A stretch of DNA of 64,000 bases from Spirochaetia bacterium (GTDB lineage Bacteria > Spirochaetota > Spirochaetia > UBA9216), in contig CAXXYH010000004.1 of NCBI GenBank assembly GCA_963677925.2, forward strand, positions 224,001 through 288,000. The letters run 5' to 3'. The notes below the pieces were generated by a model that was not told where the DNA came from, made no database searches, and saw nothing but the letters and a program-made list of their open reading frames with translations. Below, piece after piece: positions 9,302-17,978 of this stretch. Within the stretch, counting starts at the first letter, position 1. Every line of letters begins with the position of its first letter. The position numbers were made by a program, and so were the translations under genes.

Positions 9302-11365
9302 ATGGCTGAAGATATTTATAAATTCATCAATAAAGAAGTAAGCTGGCTCTCGTTCAACGAAAGAGTTCTGCAGGAGGCTGAAGATAAAAGAAACCTCCTG
9401 GGAGAACGTTTAAAATTCCTTGGCATTTTTTCATCAAACCAGGATGAGTTTTTCAGAGTCCGTGTTGCAATGCTGAAAAAATTCTGCCTTATGAACAGAA
9501 AAGGCCGTAAATACCTGCCCGAAGATCCTGAAGAGGCAATGAATCAGGTTAGAGAGATTGTTCACAGACAGCGACAGCGTTCAGAGAAAATTTATAAAGA
9601 TATAATGAATGAACTTGAAAAAGAGAAGGTCTTTATAAAGTCTCACAATGAGCTCAATAAAAAGCAGCAGCGGTTTGTCTTTGATTATTTTACCGTCCAT
9701 GTAAGACCGCAGATTTTTCCGATGATTATCGACAGCCGGTACGAAATCCCCTATCTGCAGGACGACTCGCTCTATCTTGCAGTAGAGCTGCGGAACAACA
9801 CAACTCACAGGATTCGCTACAGTATTATTGAAATTCCGACAAAATCGCTTCCCCGATTTATAAAACTGCCCCATTCCGGCGATGAAACCCATATCATCCT
9901 TATTGATGAAATTGTACGCTTCGGCCTGCCCGGAGTTTATTCCAGCCATCAGTTTACAAGTTTTCATTCCTATAACTTCAAGGTAACCAGAGACGCTGAA
10001 CTGGAAATAGATGAGGATGATATCTCGGTAAGTTATCTTAACAAGATTTCAGAAAGCCTTAAAAAACGAGGAGAAGGTGATATCATCAGGCTCGTCTATG
10101 ATGAAAAAATGCCGAAGGCAATGCTTGATTTCTTCAGAAAAAAGAACAAAATGCATCCTCTCGACACACTCTCAGCAGGTGGCCGCTATCACAGGCTGAA
10201 AGATATGCTGAGTCTTCCGGGTGTTGCCGGACTTGAAACAACCAAGCCTAATCCGCCTATAAGGCACGCTGAAATAGACCAGAGCAAAATTTCCTTTGCA
10301 TCAATTAAAAAACACGATGTCCTGCTGTTTTTCCCCTATCACACATTCAGCAGTATGATCGACTTTATAAGGGATGCATCCATCGACGCCTCAGTTGAAA
10401 GCATCAAAGTGACCCTCTACAGGGTCGCAAAATTTTCAAGTATCGCGAATGCCCTGATCAATGCCCGCAGAAACCGTAAGGAAGTAACAGTGCTGCTTGA
10501 GCTTCAGGCCCGCTTTGATGAGGAAAACAACATCTACTGGGCAAACAGACTGAAGGACGAGGGCGTAAAAATCCTCTTCGGTATTTCCGGTCTCAAAGTT
10601 CATTCGAAGCTCTGTCTGGTGACAAGAAAAGAAAGAGGAAAGCTTGTAAAATACTGCAGTATCGGAACCGGCAATCTTAACGAAGAAACTGCTAAAATGT
10701 ATACAGACTGTACCCTGCTGACAGCAAATCCTGAAATAACCATGGAGGTTGAGGTTCTGTTCAACTTTCTGGAACGAAACTTTCACTACAACCTGTCATT
10801 CGAACACCTGCTTGTCTCCCCTGTTAATTTTCGTCAGAAACTCAATGAACTAATTGATTTCGAGATTGAAGAAGCAAAGGCCGGCAGGCCTGCATGGATC
10901 AACATCAAGATCAACAACCTGGCTGATAAGGAGATTGGTACAAAGCTTTACGATGCCAGTATGGCCGGGGTAAAAATCAGGCTGATCTGCAGAAGCCGTT
11001 TTACGATAATTCCAGGGGTTCCTGGACTGAGTGAAAATATTCAGGCAATAAGCATCATCGATAAATATCTTGAGCATGCCCGTTTTTTTATCTTCTGCCA
11101 TAGAGGTGAAGATCTGACCTATCTTGGCTCTGCGGACTGGCAGACCAGAAATATTGACCGACGCGTAGAGGTAACAACACCGGTCAGCAGAGAAAGACAT
11201 AAAAAAAGACTCAGGGATATTTTTGAAATTCAATGGAATGATAACTGTAAGGCCCGGGTTCTTGATCAGGAAATGTCAAACCGGTTTGTTGAAAAAAAAG
11301 AAGGAGAAACGCTTAACCGCTCCCAGGATTCTGTATACCAATATCTTGTTGACGAAAATCATTAA
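9302..11365 (+). CDS. ppk1: Polyphosphate kinase 1
   Basis: SWLSFNERVL, DEFFRVRVA, TLYRVA, ARFDEENNI, KVHSK (phospho-His), LEHAR, SADW. Confidence 0.96.
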   Translation: MAEDIYKFINKEVSWLSFNERVLQEAEDKRNLLGERLKFLGIFSSNQDEFFRVRVAMLKKFCLMNRKGRKYLPEDPEEAMNQVREIVHRQRQRSEKIYKDIMNELEKEKVFIKSHNELNKKQQRFVFDYFTVHVRPQIFPMIIDSRYEIPYLQDDSLYLAVELRNNTTHRIRYSIIEIPTKSLPRFIKLPHSGDETHIILIDEIVRFGLPGVYSSHQFTSFHSYNFKVTRDAELEIDEDDISVSYLNKISESLKKRGEGDIIRLVYDEKMPKAMLDFFRKKNKMHPLDTLSAGGRYHRLKDMLSLPGVAGLETTKPNPPIRHAEIDQSKISFASIKKHDVLLFFPYHTFSSMIDFIRDASIDASVESIKVTLYRVAKFSSIANALINARRNRKEVTVLLELQARFDEENNIYWANRLKDEGVKILFGISGLKVHSKLCLVTRKERGKLVKYCSIGTGNLNEETAKMYTDCTLLTANPEITMEVEVLFNFLERNFHYNLSFEHLLVSPVNFRQKLNELIDFEIEEAKAGRPAWINIKINNLADKEIGTKLYDASMAGVKIRLICRSRFTIIPGVPGLSENIQAISIIDKYLEHARFFIFCHRGEDLTYLGSADWQTRNIDRRVEVTTPVSRERHKKRLRDIFEIQWNDNCKARVLDQEMSNRFVEKKEGETLNRSQDSVYQYLVDENH

Positions 11366-11382
11366 TCAGACATCAGTAAAAT

Positions 11383-11414
11383 TGATTTAGAAACAGAGGC
11401 TCTGTTCCAAATCA
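11383..11414. terminator. Imperfect hairpin between convergent ppk1 and Nudix genes
   Basis: TGATTT pairs with AAATCA and AACAGA pairs with TCTGTT. Confidence 0.4.
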
Positions 11415-11437
11415 GCAGGGATGATTCGGCCTCGGCC

Positions 11438-11836
11438 TCATCCCCGCTGCGCAAGAAAGTTATCCACAGCTTTTCCCCAGGGCTGAAACTTAAGTTTTCT
11501 TAAAGCTCTGTCCGACTTCAGAAATCGGCGTTTCCGGTATTTCCGCTCAGGCCATCTCTTGCGTATGCTTGTTACCTTGAAGGGATAAAGTTTATACACA
11601 ACAGTATCTTTTCCTTTCTGCACAGGGATTTTTATTGCTTTTCCCTTAATAGAACCTATAAGTCCGGCTTCTTCAAAGGCTTCAAGAGCGGCAACCTCCC
11701 GATCTGTACGATCTGCTTCACTCTGCCCCTTGGGAAGAATCCATCTCCCGGGATGAGATCTGGAGGTAATTATTACAAAACGGTAAGTATTATTTCTTTT
11801 AATATACGGGATAACCCCTATCTGCTTATATTCCAA
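11438..11836 (-). CDS. Nudix hydrolase, DIPP/Ddp1-like
   Basis: IITSR..GRWILPKG and Nudix box (AALEAFEEAG), WPE motif. Start probably TTG 11836, just after the upstream stop. Confidence 0.82.
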   Translation of the reverse strand: MEYKQIGVIPYIKRNNTYRFVIITSRSHPGRWILPKGQSEADRTDREVAALEAFEEAGLIGSIKGKAIKIPVQKGKDTVVYKLYPFKVTSIRKRWPERKYRKRRFLKSDRALRKLKFQPWGKAVDNFLAQRG

Positions 11837-11837
11837 C

Positions 11838-12860
11838 TCAGACTGTCTCCACCAGATTTCCACAGCTCAGATCAAGCATCCTCCATCCAAGTGCTTTTAT
11901 CAACTCATTATCATTGGAAACAATTATTATTGTCGGAACCTCAAGCATCAGCAAATCTCTTAATATTTTTATAAAGCCTTCCCGTGCTTCGGCATCAAGA
12001 GAGGATGTCGGCTCATCTATAAGAAAAACACCGGGCTCCTGAGCAATACACCCGGCAAGGGAAATCCTCAGTTTTTCGCCGGCTGAAAGTTCGGCGAAAG
12101 AAACCTTCTGAAGGTGAAAGCAGCCGGTTCGCTTCATTGCAAGCTCAATTCTGTATGCCTGCTCAGCATCCGTTTCAACAGAGTCCGGCAACCTCATTCT
12201 GACAATGTCTTCTGCAGAAACCGGGTTCTGTATTGAGCTGTCAGCAGATTCAAAAAATGCGATACTTCCGGCAGCAGCGTTGACCGTTTCACCCTTTGCA
12301 TCAACCAGAGAAACAGAACCTGACAAAGGTTGCAGTATTCCCGCAATTGCTTTTAGCAGAGTTGTTTTCCCGCTGCCATGTGCTCCCCTGATTATCAGCT
12401 GGTCTCCGGCGTCTAATAATAGAGACAGGTTTCTGAAAACAGGAGTATTTCCATATCCTGCTTCGAGCCTGTTCAGCCTGAGACCAAGCCCCTTTGAAAA
12501 ACCTGCACGTTTCCTGAGGAACATACATGCATCTGCGACAGACATTTCATCGTTAATCAGATCTTCAGTCCTGCATTCAATTTTATCAACGATTCTATCA
12601 TAGCGGCATTCAACTCCGTTCTGCTCAAACACTTTCAGACCGAGCTCACTTATCAGGTGAATATGTACTTTGTTTATTCCCATCCCGGAGGTTAAAGATG
12701 CGGCAGCCCTTCCGGCAATTTTATCTTCAAGCGAGACATCTGCAGGGTTAATACCGCCGGTTCTTAAATATTCTTCAAGTTCAAAAAGCGGATACAGCCA
12801 TTTCCCTTCGCTTTCAAAAATAATTTTATCATCGAGAAATGCTCTGAGAGAGTAAGACAT
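11838..12860 (-). CDS. DUF1893 (TM1506-like) domain fused to an ABC-type ATPase domain
   Basis: N-terminal DKIAGRAAA motif. C-terminal Walker A GAHGSGKT, signature LSAGE, Walker B IDEPT. The H-loop reads SND. Confidence 0.75.
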   Translation of the reverse strand: MSYSLRAFLDDKIIFESEGKWLYPLFELEEYLRTGGINPADVSLEDKIAGRAAASLTSGMGINKVHIHLISELGLKVFEQNGVECRYDRIVDKIECRTEDLINDEMSVADACMFLRKRAGFSKGLGLRLNRLEAGYGNTPVFRNLSLLLDAGDQLIIRGAHGSGKTTLLKAIAGILQPLSGSVSLVDAKGETVNAAAGSIAFFESADSSIQNPVSAEDIVRMRLPDSVETDAEQAYRIELAMKRTGCFHLQKVSFAELSAGEKLRISLAGCIAQEPGVFLIDEPTSSLDAEAREGFIKILRDLLMLEVPTIIIVSNDNELIKALGWRMLDLSCGNLVETV

Positions 12861-12865
12861 ATTTC

Positions 12866-13414
12866 TTATATTCCTTTGATATAAAACATGTTAATGATTT
12901 CATCATCTTCAGCCAGTCCAATCATCTTCTCAAGTTCGCAGAAGAAATTTGACTCACGATCAAGACGCTTTCTGAAATCTTCAGTTATTTCAACAGGTTC
13001 TGTTTCAAGCTCATCCTTCCAGCCTGGACAGCCGGATACTGGAGCCAGAGCAGACCATTTTTCTGTATCTGTGCTGCATTCGTATTCCCTGCAGTGGGGA
13101 GCCAGCATGCAGACCAGCGGTTTATGATCCGGATGCAGACTGCAAAGCCCGTAAAGTCTTCCGTCATCATCCAGTCTGTTTTCGATAAATGGGCAGAATT
13201 TCAGCTTTCCGCTTTTGAAGCGTATCCGCGGAAGCGGGGCGTTATTCCGTTCCCTGTCGATTATGACAAAGCCGCGGCTGAAAAGTTCGGTAGTACTGCT
13301 AAATTTTAGAAATTTAGCCATCAGAACCAGATCTTCCGGATTGAGGAAAACCTTCATCAGACCGCTGCAGCATTCCCCGCAGCATTTACAGTCGAATTTA
13401 AGCGGATCGGCCAA
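12866..13414 (-). CDS. YkgJ-family cysteine-cluster (CxxCxxCC) protein
   Basis: FDCKCCGECC, CPF, CSLHPDHKPLVC and CPG motifs. Confidence 0.85.
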   Translation of the reverse strand: MADPLKFDCKCCGECCSGLMKVFLNPEDLVLMAKFLKFSSTTELFSRGFVIIDRERNNAPLPRIRFKSGKLKFCPFIENRLDDDGRLYGLCSLHPDHKPLVCMLAPHCREYECSTDTEKWSALAPVSGCPGWKDELETEPVEITEDFRKRLDRESNFFCELEKMIGLAEDDEIINMFYIKGI

Positions 13415-13416
13415 AC

Positions 13417-14094
13417 TTAGAAAGCTCCGTATTCTTCAAGATTTTCAATTTCCAGCGCAACCGACATTCGGCACTTGTAGCTTCCTGAGTCTATTGTTAT
13501 ATAGGGAACTGAATTTATTCTGACCCTGCCGCTGACAGATCTCGGTTTATTGTAGATCCGCGGCTGAAGATAGTCGCGAAGAGCCTGCTTAACCGAATTA
13601 TTGATGGCATCAATTTTACCATCGTAGCCAAGAACAAATCGGCCCTCACCGCTTGAAGAAATCCTCGGCAGAGTCCCGCTGTCCCAGCTTATATACCAGG
13701 GCAGCTGATATTCATGCAGATCGTAGGACAATTCAACTATGTAAAGATCCCCTTCCTTTCTGCTGGACTTCACTTTCAACGCCTCATCTCCCCATGGAAT
13801 GGAATGAACCGGCGAGAGTTCAAATTCCTCTTTGATGCTTCTTGCGGAATCGTAGGGAACGTACCTGAAGCTGAACCCGTAAATCATTCCGGAGTATATA
13901 TATACCGCTTCATCAAGGATCTGTTTAAGGTACTCTTCATCGGAGGTTTTATCCTCTTTAAACGGGTCTGTATTTTCAAGTACCGTAAAAAAACTGCCCG
14001 TAAACCTTATCCGATCATACTCTGGATCTGCCTCTGCAAATAGAGATCCGGAGAAAATCAGAAGTGTTGAAAGGATAAAAAGGATTCTTTTCAA
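13417..14094 (-). CDS. Exported hypothetical protein
   Basis: Signal peptide, operon-like spacing with neighbours, GGAG Shine-Dalgarno. Confidence 0.7.
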   Translation of the reverse strand: MKRILFILSTLLIFSGSLFAEADPEYDRIRFTGSFFTVLENTDPFKEDKTSDEEYLKQILDEAVYIYSGMIYGFSFRYVPYDSARSIKEEFELSPVHSIPWGDEALKVKSSRKEGDLYIVELSYDLHEYQLPWYISWDSGTLPRISSSGEGRFVLGYDGKIDAINNSVKQALRDYLQPRIYNKPRSVSGRVRINSVPYITIDSGSYKCRMSVALEIENLEEYGAF

Positions 14095-14100
14095 AATCTC

Positions 14101-14739
14101 CTACCAGCGGCTTCCGCCTCTTCCCCTGAGGGCATCTATAGGATTTGTACCCTCTCTGACTATAAAATAAAGAAAGGCAAAACCAAATCCCGCAAGATGT
14201 GTAAGATGGGCAACGCCGGTCCTGAAACCTGCAAACTGATAAAAAATAGAAATACCTGCAAACAAAAGCACCAGAGTTCTGGCCTTCAGCGGGATAATTC
14301 CGAATACATATATCAGTGAATCAGGATAGTAAACTGCATAGGCAAAGGTAACAGCATATACAGCACCCGATGCTCCAAGCAGAACGACATTCATACCTGT
14401 AAGAAAGTAGACAATAAAGGAAAAAACTCCGGCAAGAGCTCCGGTCAGAAGGTAGAAAAGCAGGAATTCCCGGCTCCCCATCCGCCGTTCAACGGCCTGT
14501 CCAAAGAAAAAGAGGGCCAGCATATTAAATGCAATGTGACTGATTCCTGAGTGGACAAACATGTAGGTAACAAACTGCCATACAAAGCCGTGAAGAACCA
14601 GCGAGGGCACCATGGCCAGATAGTAAAAACTGCTGGATGCAATCATTGTAAGCATAAAAACTGCAAGATTTATCCCGATAATTATAAAAGATACATTTGA
14701 ATATGTGTATCGAAAAGGTTTCCTGAGAATGTTGTTCAT
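14101..14739 (-). CDS. Rhomboid intramembrane serine protease
   Basis: WQFVTYMFVH, HIAFNM, GASG (catalytic Ser), AHLTHLAG (catalytic His). Confidence 0.93.
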   Translation of the reverse strand: MNNILRKPFRYTYSNVSFIIIGINLAVFMLTMIASSSFYYLAMVPSLVLHGFVWQFVTYMFVHSGISHIAFNMLALFFFGQAVERRMGSREFLLFYLLTGALAGVFSFIVYFLTGMNVVLLGASGAVYAVTFAYAVYYPDSLIYVFGIIPLKARTLVLLFAGISIFYQFAGFRTGVAHLTHLAGFGFAFLYFIVREGTNPIDALRGRGGSRW

Positions 14740-14834
14740 GTTCTATAAAGTAAAACTTTTACGGGCTGCGGTCAAGAAATCTATTAATATTAAGATCATT
14801 GAATATTCACATGGGAAGTGTTATTATTTAATTG

Positions 14835-16418
14835 GTGAGAAAGCTTTTATTTGTTTTTACAGGCTTTATAATTCTCTTTTCCTGCAGTGATAATCCCGGC
14901 GATTTTTCTTTTGACGGCGACTACACCTCCGTAAAAGAAACGTACACCGATGCCGACGGGATTGCAGAATGGATAGTATATGAGACCGAAAACAATAAGG
15001 ATATCACTGAACTTAGATCAATCGGAACTTCCGCAGCCGGAAGGGACATCTACGCGATAGAGATTTCAGATAATCCGGGAGAAGCAGAGACCGAACCGGC
15101 AATTCTTATCAATGCCGGGATACACGGAAATGAGCAGATTTCATCAGCAGTAGCAATGCAGATGATTGATTATCTGATAACCTCCTACCGTTATTATACA
15201 GATCCTGATTCCTTTGAAGATTACGAAGGCGATCTGCCTACAGAAGAGGAAACACTCCTTGTTGCCAACCTGGTTGAAAACTACAAGCTTCATTTCATTC
15301 CAGCGGTTAATCCGGACGGTCTGGATGCCGGCTCAAGATATAATGACAATTACGTGGATATCAACCGTAATTTCGACTATACCTGGGATGAGTCAGAATG
15401 GAATAACGGCGATGAAGCCTTTGATCAGTCTGAAAGTCAGGCCCTCCGCGACGATTATATCAAATACGGCTATGTCCTCTCGATCAACATGCATACAGCC
15501 GCGTCAGGCACATATGATACAGAAAGCGGTCCAGGAATATACGGAGCATGGGACGCCATATCATCCGATTACGCAGAAGATGACGGACTTGATGAAGACA
15601 GTGACGGAGATGAATCAGACTACAAGGAAACCTACCTTCCGAATTATGAGATTATTCAGGAACTTGGAAACGGTTACGCTTCTGAAGTAACTGAATCATC
15701 AAGCTACCTCTTTGAAGACTTCGGATTTAATATCGGTGCAGACTGGTATGTGATGTACGGTTCAATGGCCGACTGGGCCCTTGGAGAGCGGGGTTCTGTT
15801 TCATTTACAGTGGAACTTCTTGAAGGACAGCGATCCACAGCTGAAGATTACTACCTCGCAGAAGAAGCCTGGAAAGCACATAAAAACGCACTGCTCAATC
15901 TGGTAAAAGCCGGCTCGAGATCTATTAAGGGCCGGATTCTTGACGACTCTACTGACTTTGTAATTGAAAACGCAAGGGTGAGCCTGGAATATACCGGCAG
16001 CGCATCGAGAGCAATGACATTCACACCGGTTCCCTACAGAAACCTTGCCGGATATACCGTAGAAGAAGGCACTTTCGGCCTTCTGACTCCTGCCGGAGTT
16101 TATAACCTGACTGTAACAGCTGACGGATTTGAAGATGCAGAGTTCACTGTCTCGCTGACACCTGATGGAAGTACATTATTTATTTCAGAATCAGGAGGCA
16201 GATTCAGTTCTCTGTATGATATACCCAGCTACTATCTGACCCCTTCAGACCGGACTCCCGAACTTGAAGAAGCAGAAATAATATCAGAAAATACTGAATT
16301 AATTATTCCGGAAGAGTATTCCGGTAATCCTGAAAATGAAGGTTTGATTATTCCGGAGTACTACAACGGTATCACAGCAGCCGGAATTCTGCCTGAAACT
16401 GAACAAACTGTCGAATAA
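14835..16418 (+). CDS. Lipoprotein zinc carboxypeptidase, M14 family
   Basis: Lipobox (ILFSC), HGNE, NPDG, NRNF, NMH, TVEL and a C-terminal carboxypeptidase regulatory-like domain. Start probably GTG 14835. Confidence 0.85.
   Translation: MRKLLFVFTGFIILFSCSDNPGDFSFDGDYTSVKETYTDADGIAEWIVYETENNKDITELRSIGTSAAGRDIYAIEISDNPGEAETEPAILINAGIHGNEQISSAVAMQMIDYLITSYRYYTDPDSFEDYEGDLPTEEETLLVANLVENYKLHFIPAVNPDGLDAGSRYNDNYVDINRNFDYTWDESEWNNGDEAFDQSESQALRDDYIKYGYVLSINMHTAASGTYDTESGPGIYGAWDAISSDYAEDDGLDEDSDGDESDYKETYLPNYEIIQELGNGYASEVTESSSYLFEDFGFNIGADWYVMYGSMADWALGERGSVSFTVELLEGQRSTAEDYYLAEEAWKAHKNALLNLVKAGSRSIKGRILDDSTDFVIENARVSLEYTGSASRAMTFTPVPYRNLAGYTVEEGTFGLLTPAGVYNLTVTADGFEDAEFTVSLTPDGSTLFISESGGRFSSLYDIPSYYLTPSDRTPELEEAEIISENTELIIPEEYSGNPENEGLIIPEYYNGITAAGILPETEQTVE
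16287..16376 (+). repeat. Degenerate in-frame 45-nt tandem duplication (ENTELIIPEEYSG / ENEGLIIPEYYNG)
   Basis: GAAAAT...ATTATTCCGGA...CGGT recurs with a 45-nt period. Confidence 0.6.
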
Positions 16419-16485
16419 TCCGCAATAATTCATAGACATTAGACTCAATATACACTAATCTTTTTCTCCGGACAGGAGGCTGACT

Positions 16486-17763
16486 TTGGAAAAATTTGAT
16501 GTAATCATTGTTGGTTCCGGACCTGCCGGACTTGGCGCAGCTTTTCATCTAATCCGAAACAAACCCGATCTTAAAATTCTTATGCTCGAAAGCGGGAAGG
16601 TCTCAAGCGGCGGACTGCGCAATGACTGCAAGATGAATTTCACTTTTCCCATCGGCTTCCCGCTTGAAAACTGGAACCGGGAACAGGCCGACCAATACCT
16701 TGAACTTGTGATTAAAGAACTGCAGCCGCAGATTTTTGAGAAGAAAAACCTTTCAACCTACTTTAAAAGAGCTGAAAAGCTGGGGGTTGAACTTCTCAAC
16801 ATCCGGCAGACCCACCTGGGAACTGACGGCGGGCTGAAACTGATAAAAAAACTGATCTCGGAACTTGAAGAAGCCGGCGTTACAGTCAGACTGCAGGAGG
16901 AAATGCTTTCTGTAGACGCTGCTGCAAAAAGGATTACTACATCAAAATCTGAAACAGGATATGAAAAACTCTTTGTTGCACCCGGAAGAAAGGGTTTCAG
17001 ATTTCTTCAGACAATAATGGACAGTATAGATGTCGACTACATCGATCACATCGTAGACATCGGAATTAGAATAGAAACAAGAATAGAGCACTATCCGATA
17101 GTATCTGATTACTACGATCCCAAGTTCCTCTTTCCTGATAAGGTACGGACATTCTGTACAAACAGCGGCGCCGCCCATGTAGTTATGGAAAAATATCAGA
17201 CCAACAATGGAAAGGAATATTTCAGTGTTAACGGGCATGCCTACTCCGGAGAGCGGGAGCCAAACGGCCTGGTTAACTTTGCCATGCTGAAAACCGTTAA
17301 ATTTACCGAACCCCTGGCAAGCGGACAGGAGTTTGCGGAAATTCTGGGACTCCAGGCCATGCTGATGGGTGGGGGCAAACCTATAATGCAGAGAGTCGGA
17401 GACTTCAGGCTCGGCAAACGTTCAAAAGCCGGCAGCTTCAACGACGATCTTTATGATTTCAAGCCTACCCTCCCCAACTGTACACCCGGAGATATCAGCC
17501 TTTCAATGCCTTCCCGTATCCTGAGGGGCATCTGGAAATCAATGAAATCACTTGATACTATCATCCCCGGAGTTCTTCACCCCGGAACAATCATGTACTA
17601 TCCGGAAATTAAACTTTATGCAAATAAGCCGGTTTTTAAAGACAGTCATTTCAAGGTCTACGACAGCATATACCTTGCAGGCGACGGGGCCGGAACAAGC
17701 AGGGGAATAACCGCTGCGTGGGCAAGCGGTATACGGGCGGCTGACGGAATTCTTGTCGGCTAA
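16486..17763 (+). CDS. FAD-dependent oxidoreductase (uncharacterised NAD(FAD)-dependent dehydrogenase family)
   Basis: GSGPAG FAD motif, VRTFCTN, SVNGH, GDGAGTSRG. AGGAGG Shine-Dalgarno before the TTG. Confidence 0.85.
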   Translation: MEKFDVIIVGSGPAGLGAAFHLIRNKPDLKILMLESGKVSSGGLRNDCKMNFTFPIGFPLENWNREQADQYLELVIKELQPQIFEKKNLSTYFKRAEKLGVELLNIRQTHLGTDGGLKLIKKLISELEEAGVTVRLQEEMLSVDAAAKRITTSKSETGYEKLFVAPGRKGFRFLQTIMDSIDVDYIDHIVDIGIRIETRIEHYPIVSDYYDPKFLFPDKVRTFCTNSGAAHVVMEKYQTNNGKEYFSVNGHAYSGEREPNGLVNFAMLKTVKFTEPLASGQEFAEILGLQAMLMGGGKPIMQRVGDFRLGKRSKAGSFNDDLYDFKPTLPNCTPGDISLSMPSRILRGIWKSMKSLDTIIPGVLHPGTIMYYPEIKLYANKPVFKDSHFKVYDSIYLAGDGAGTSRGITAAWASGIRAADGILVG

Positions 17764-17812
17764 TTTCATCAATAAACTTGATTTCAGATTTCAGAAAGCT
17801 TAAGTTTAAGTT

Positions 17813-17933
17813 GTAGGAACCTCCAGCGCGGGGAGAACACCGAGCAAAACAGATATTCAATATTTGCTGCCCTGAATATCGAGCAGACTTCGTCGGTGAC
17901 ACTTCCTCCTGAAACTCTCCCTGCGCGTTTTTT
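17813..17933 (+). ncRNA. Candidate structured small RNA, family not recognised
   Basis: Promoter-like TTGATT-N17-TAAGTT (17778-17806). Nested stems 17826-17836/17916-17926, 17838-17843/17893-17898 and 17852-17859/17873-17880. A T6 run follows the outer stem. Confidence 0.5.
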
Positions 17934-17978
17934 CTCATTTTTATTAGTCTTTCGCCGGAAAAATATTATATTTACAAC

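Noticed and set aside
17820-17930. Minus-strand GGGAGAG...CACCGACGAAG...TTCAGG resembling a glycine riboswitch aptamer
   Set aside because: P2/P3 pairing is poor and no minus-strand gene lies downstream. Kept only as an unassigned structured RNA.
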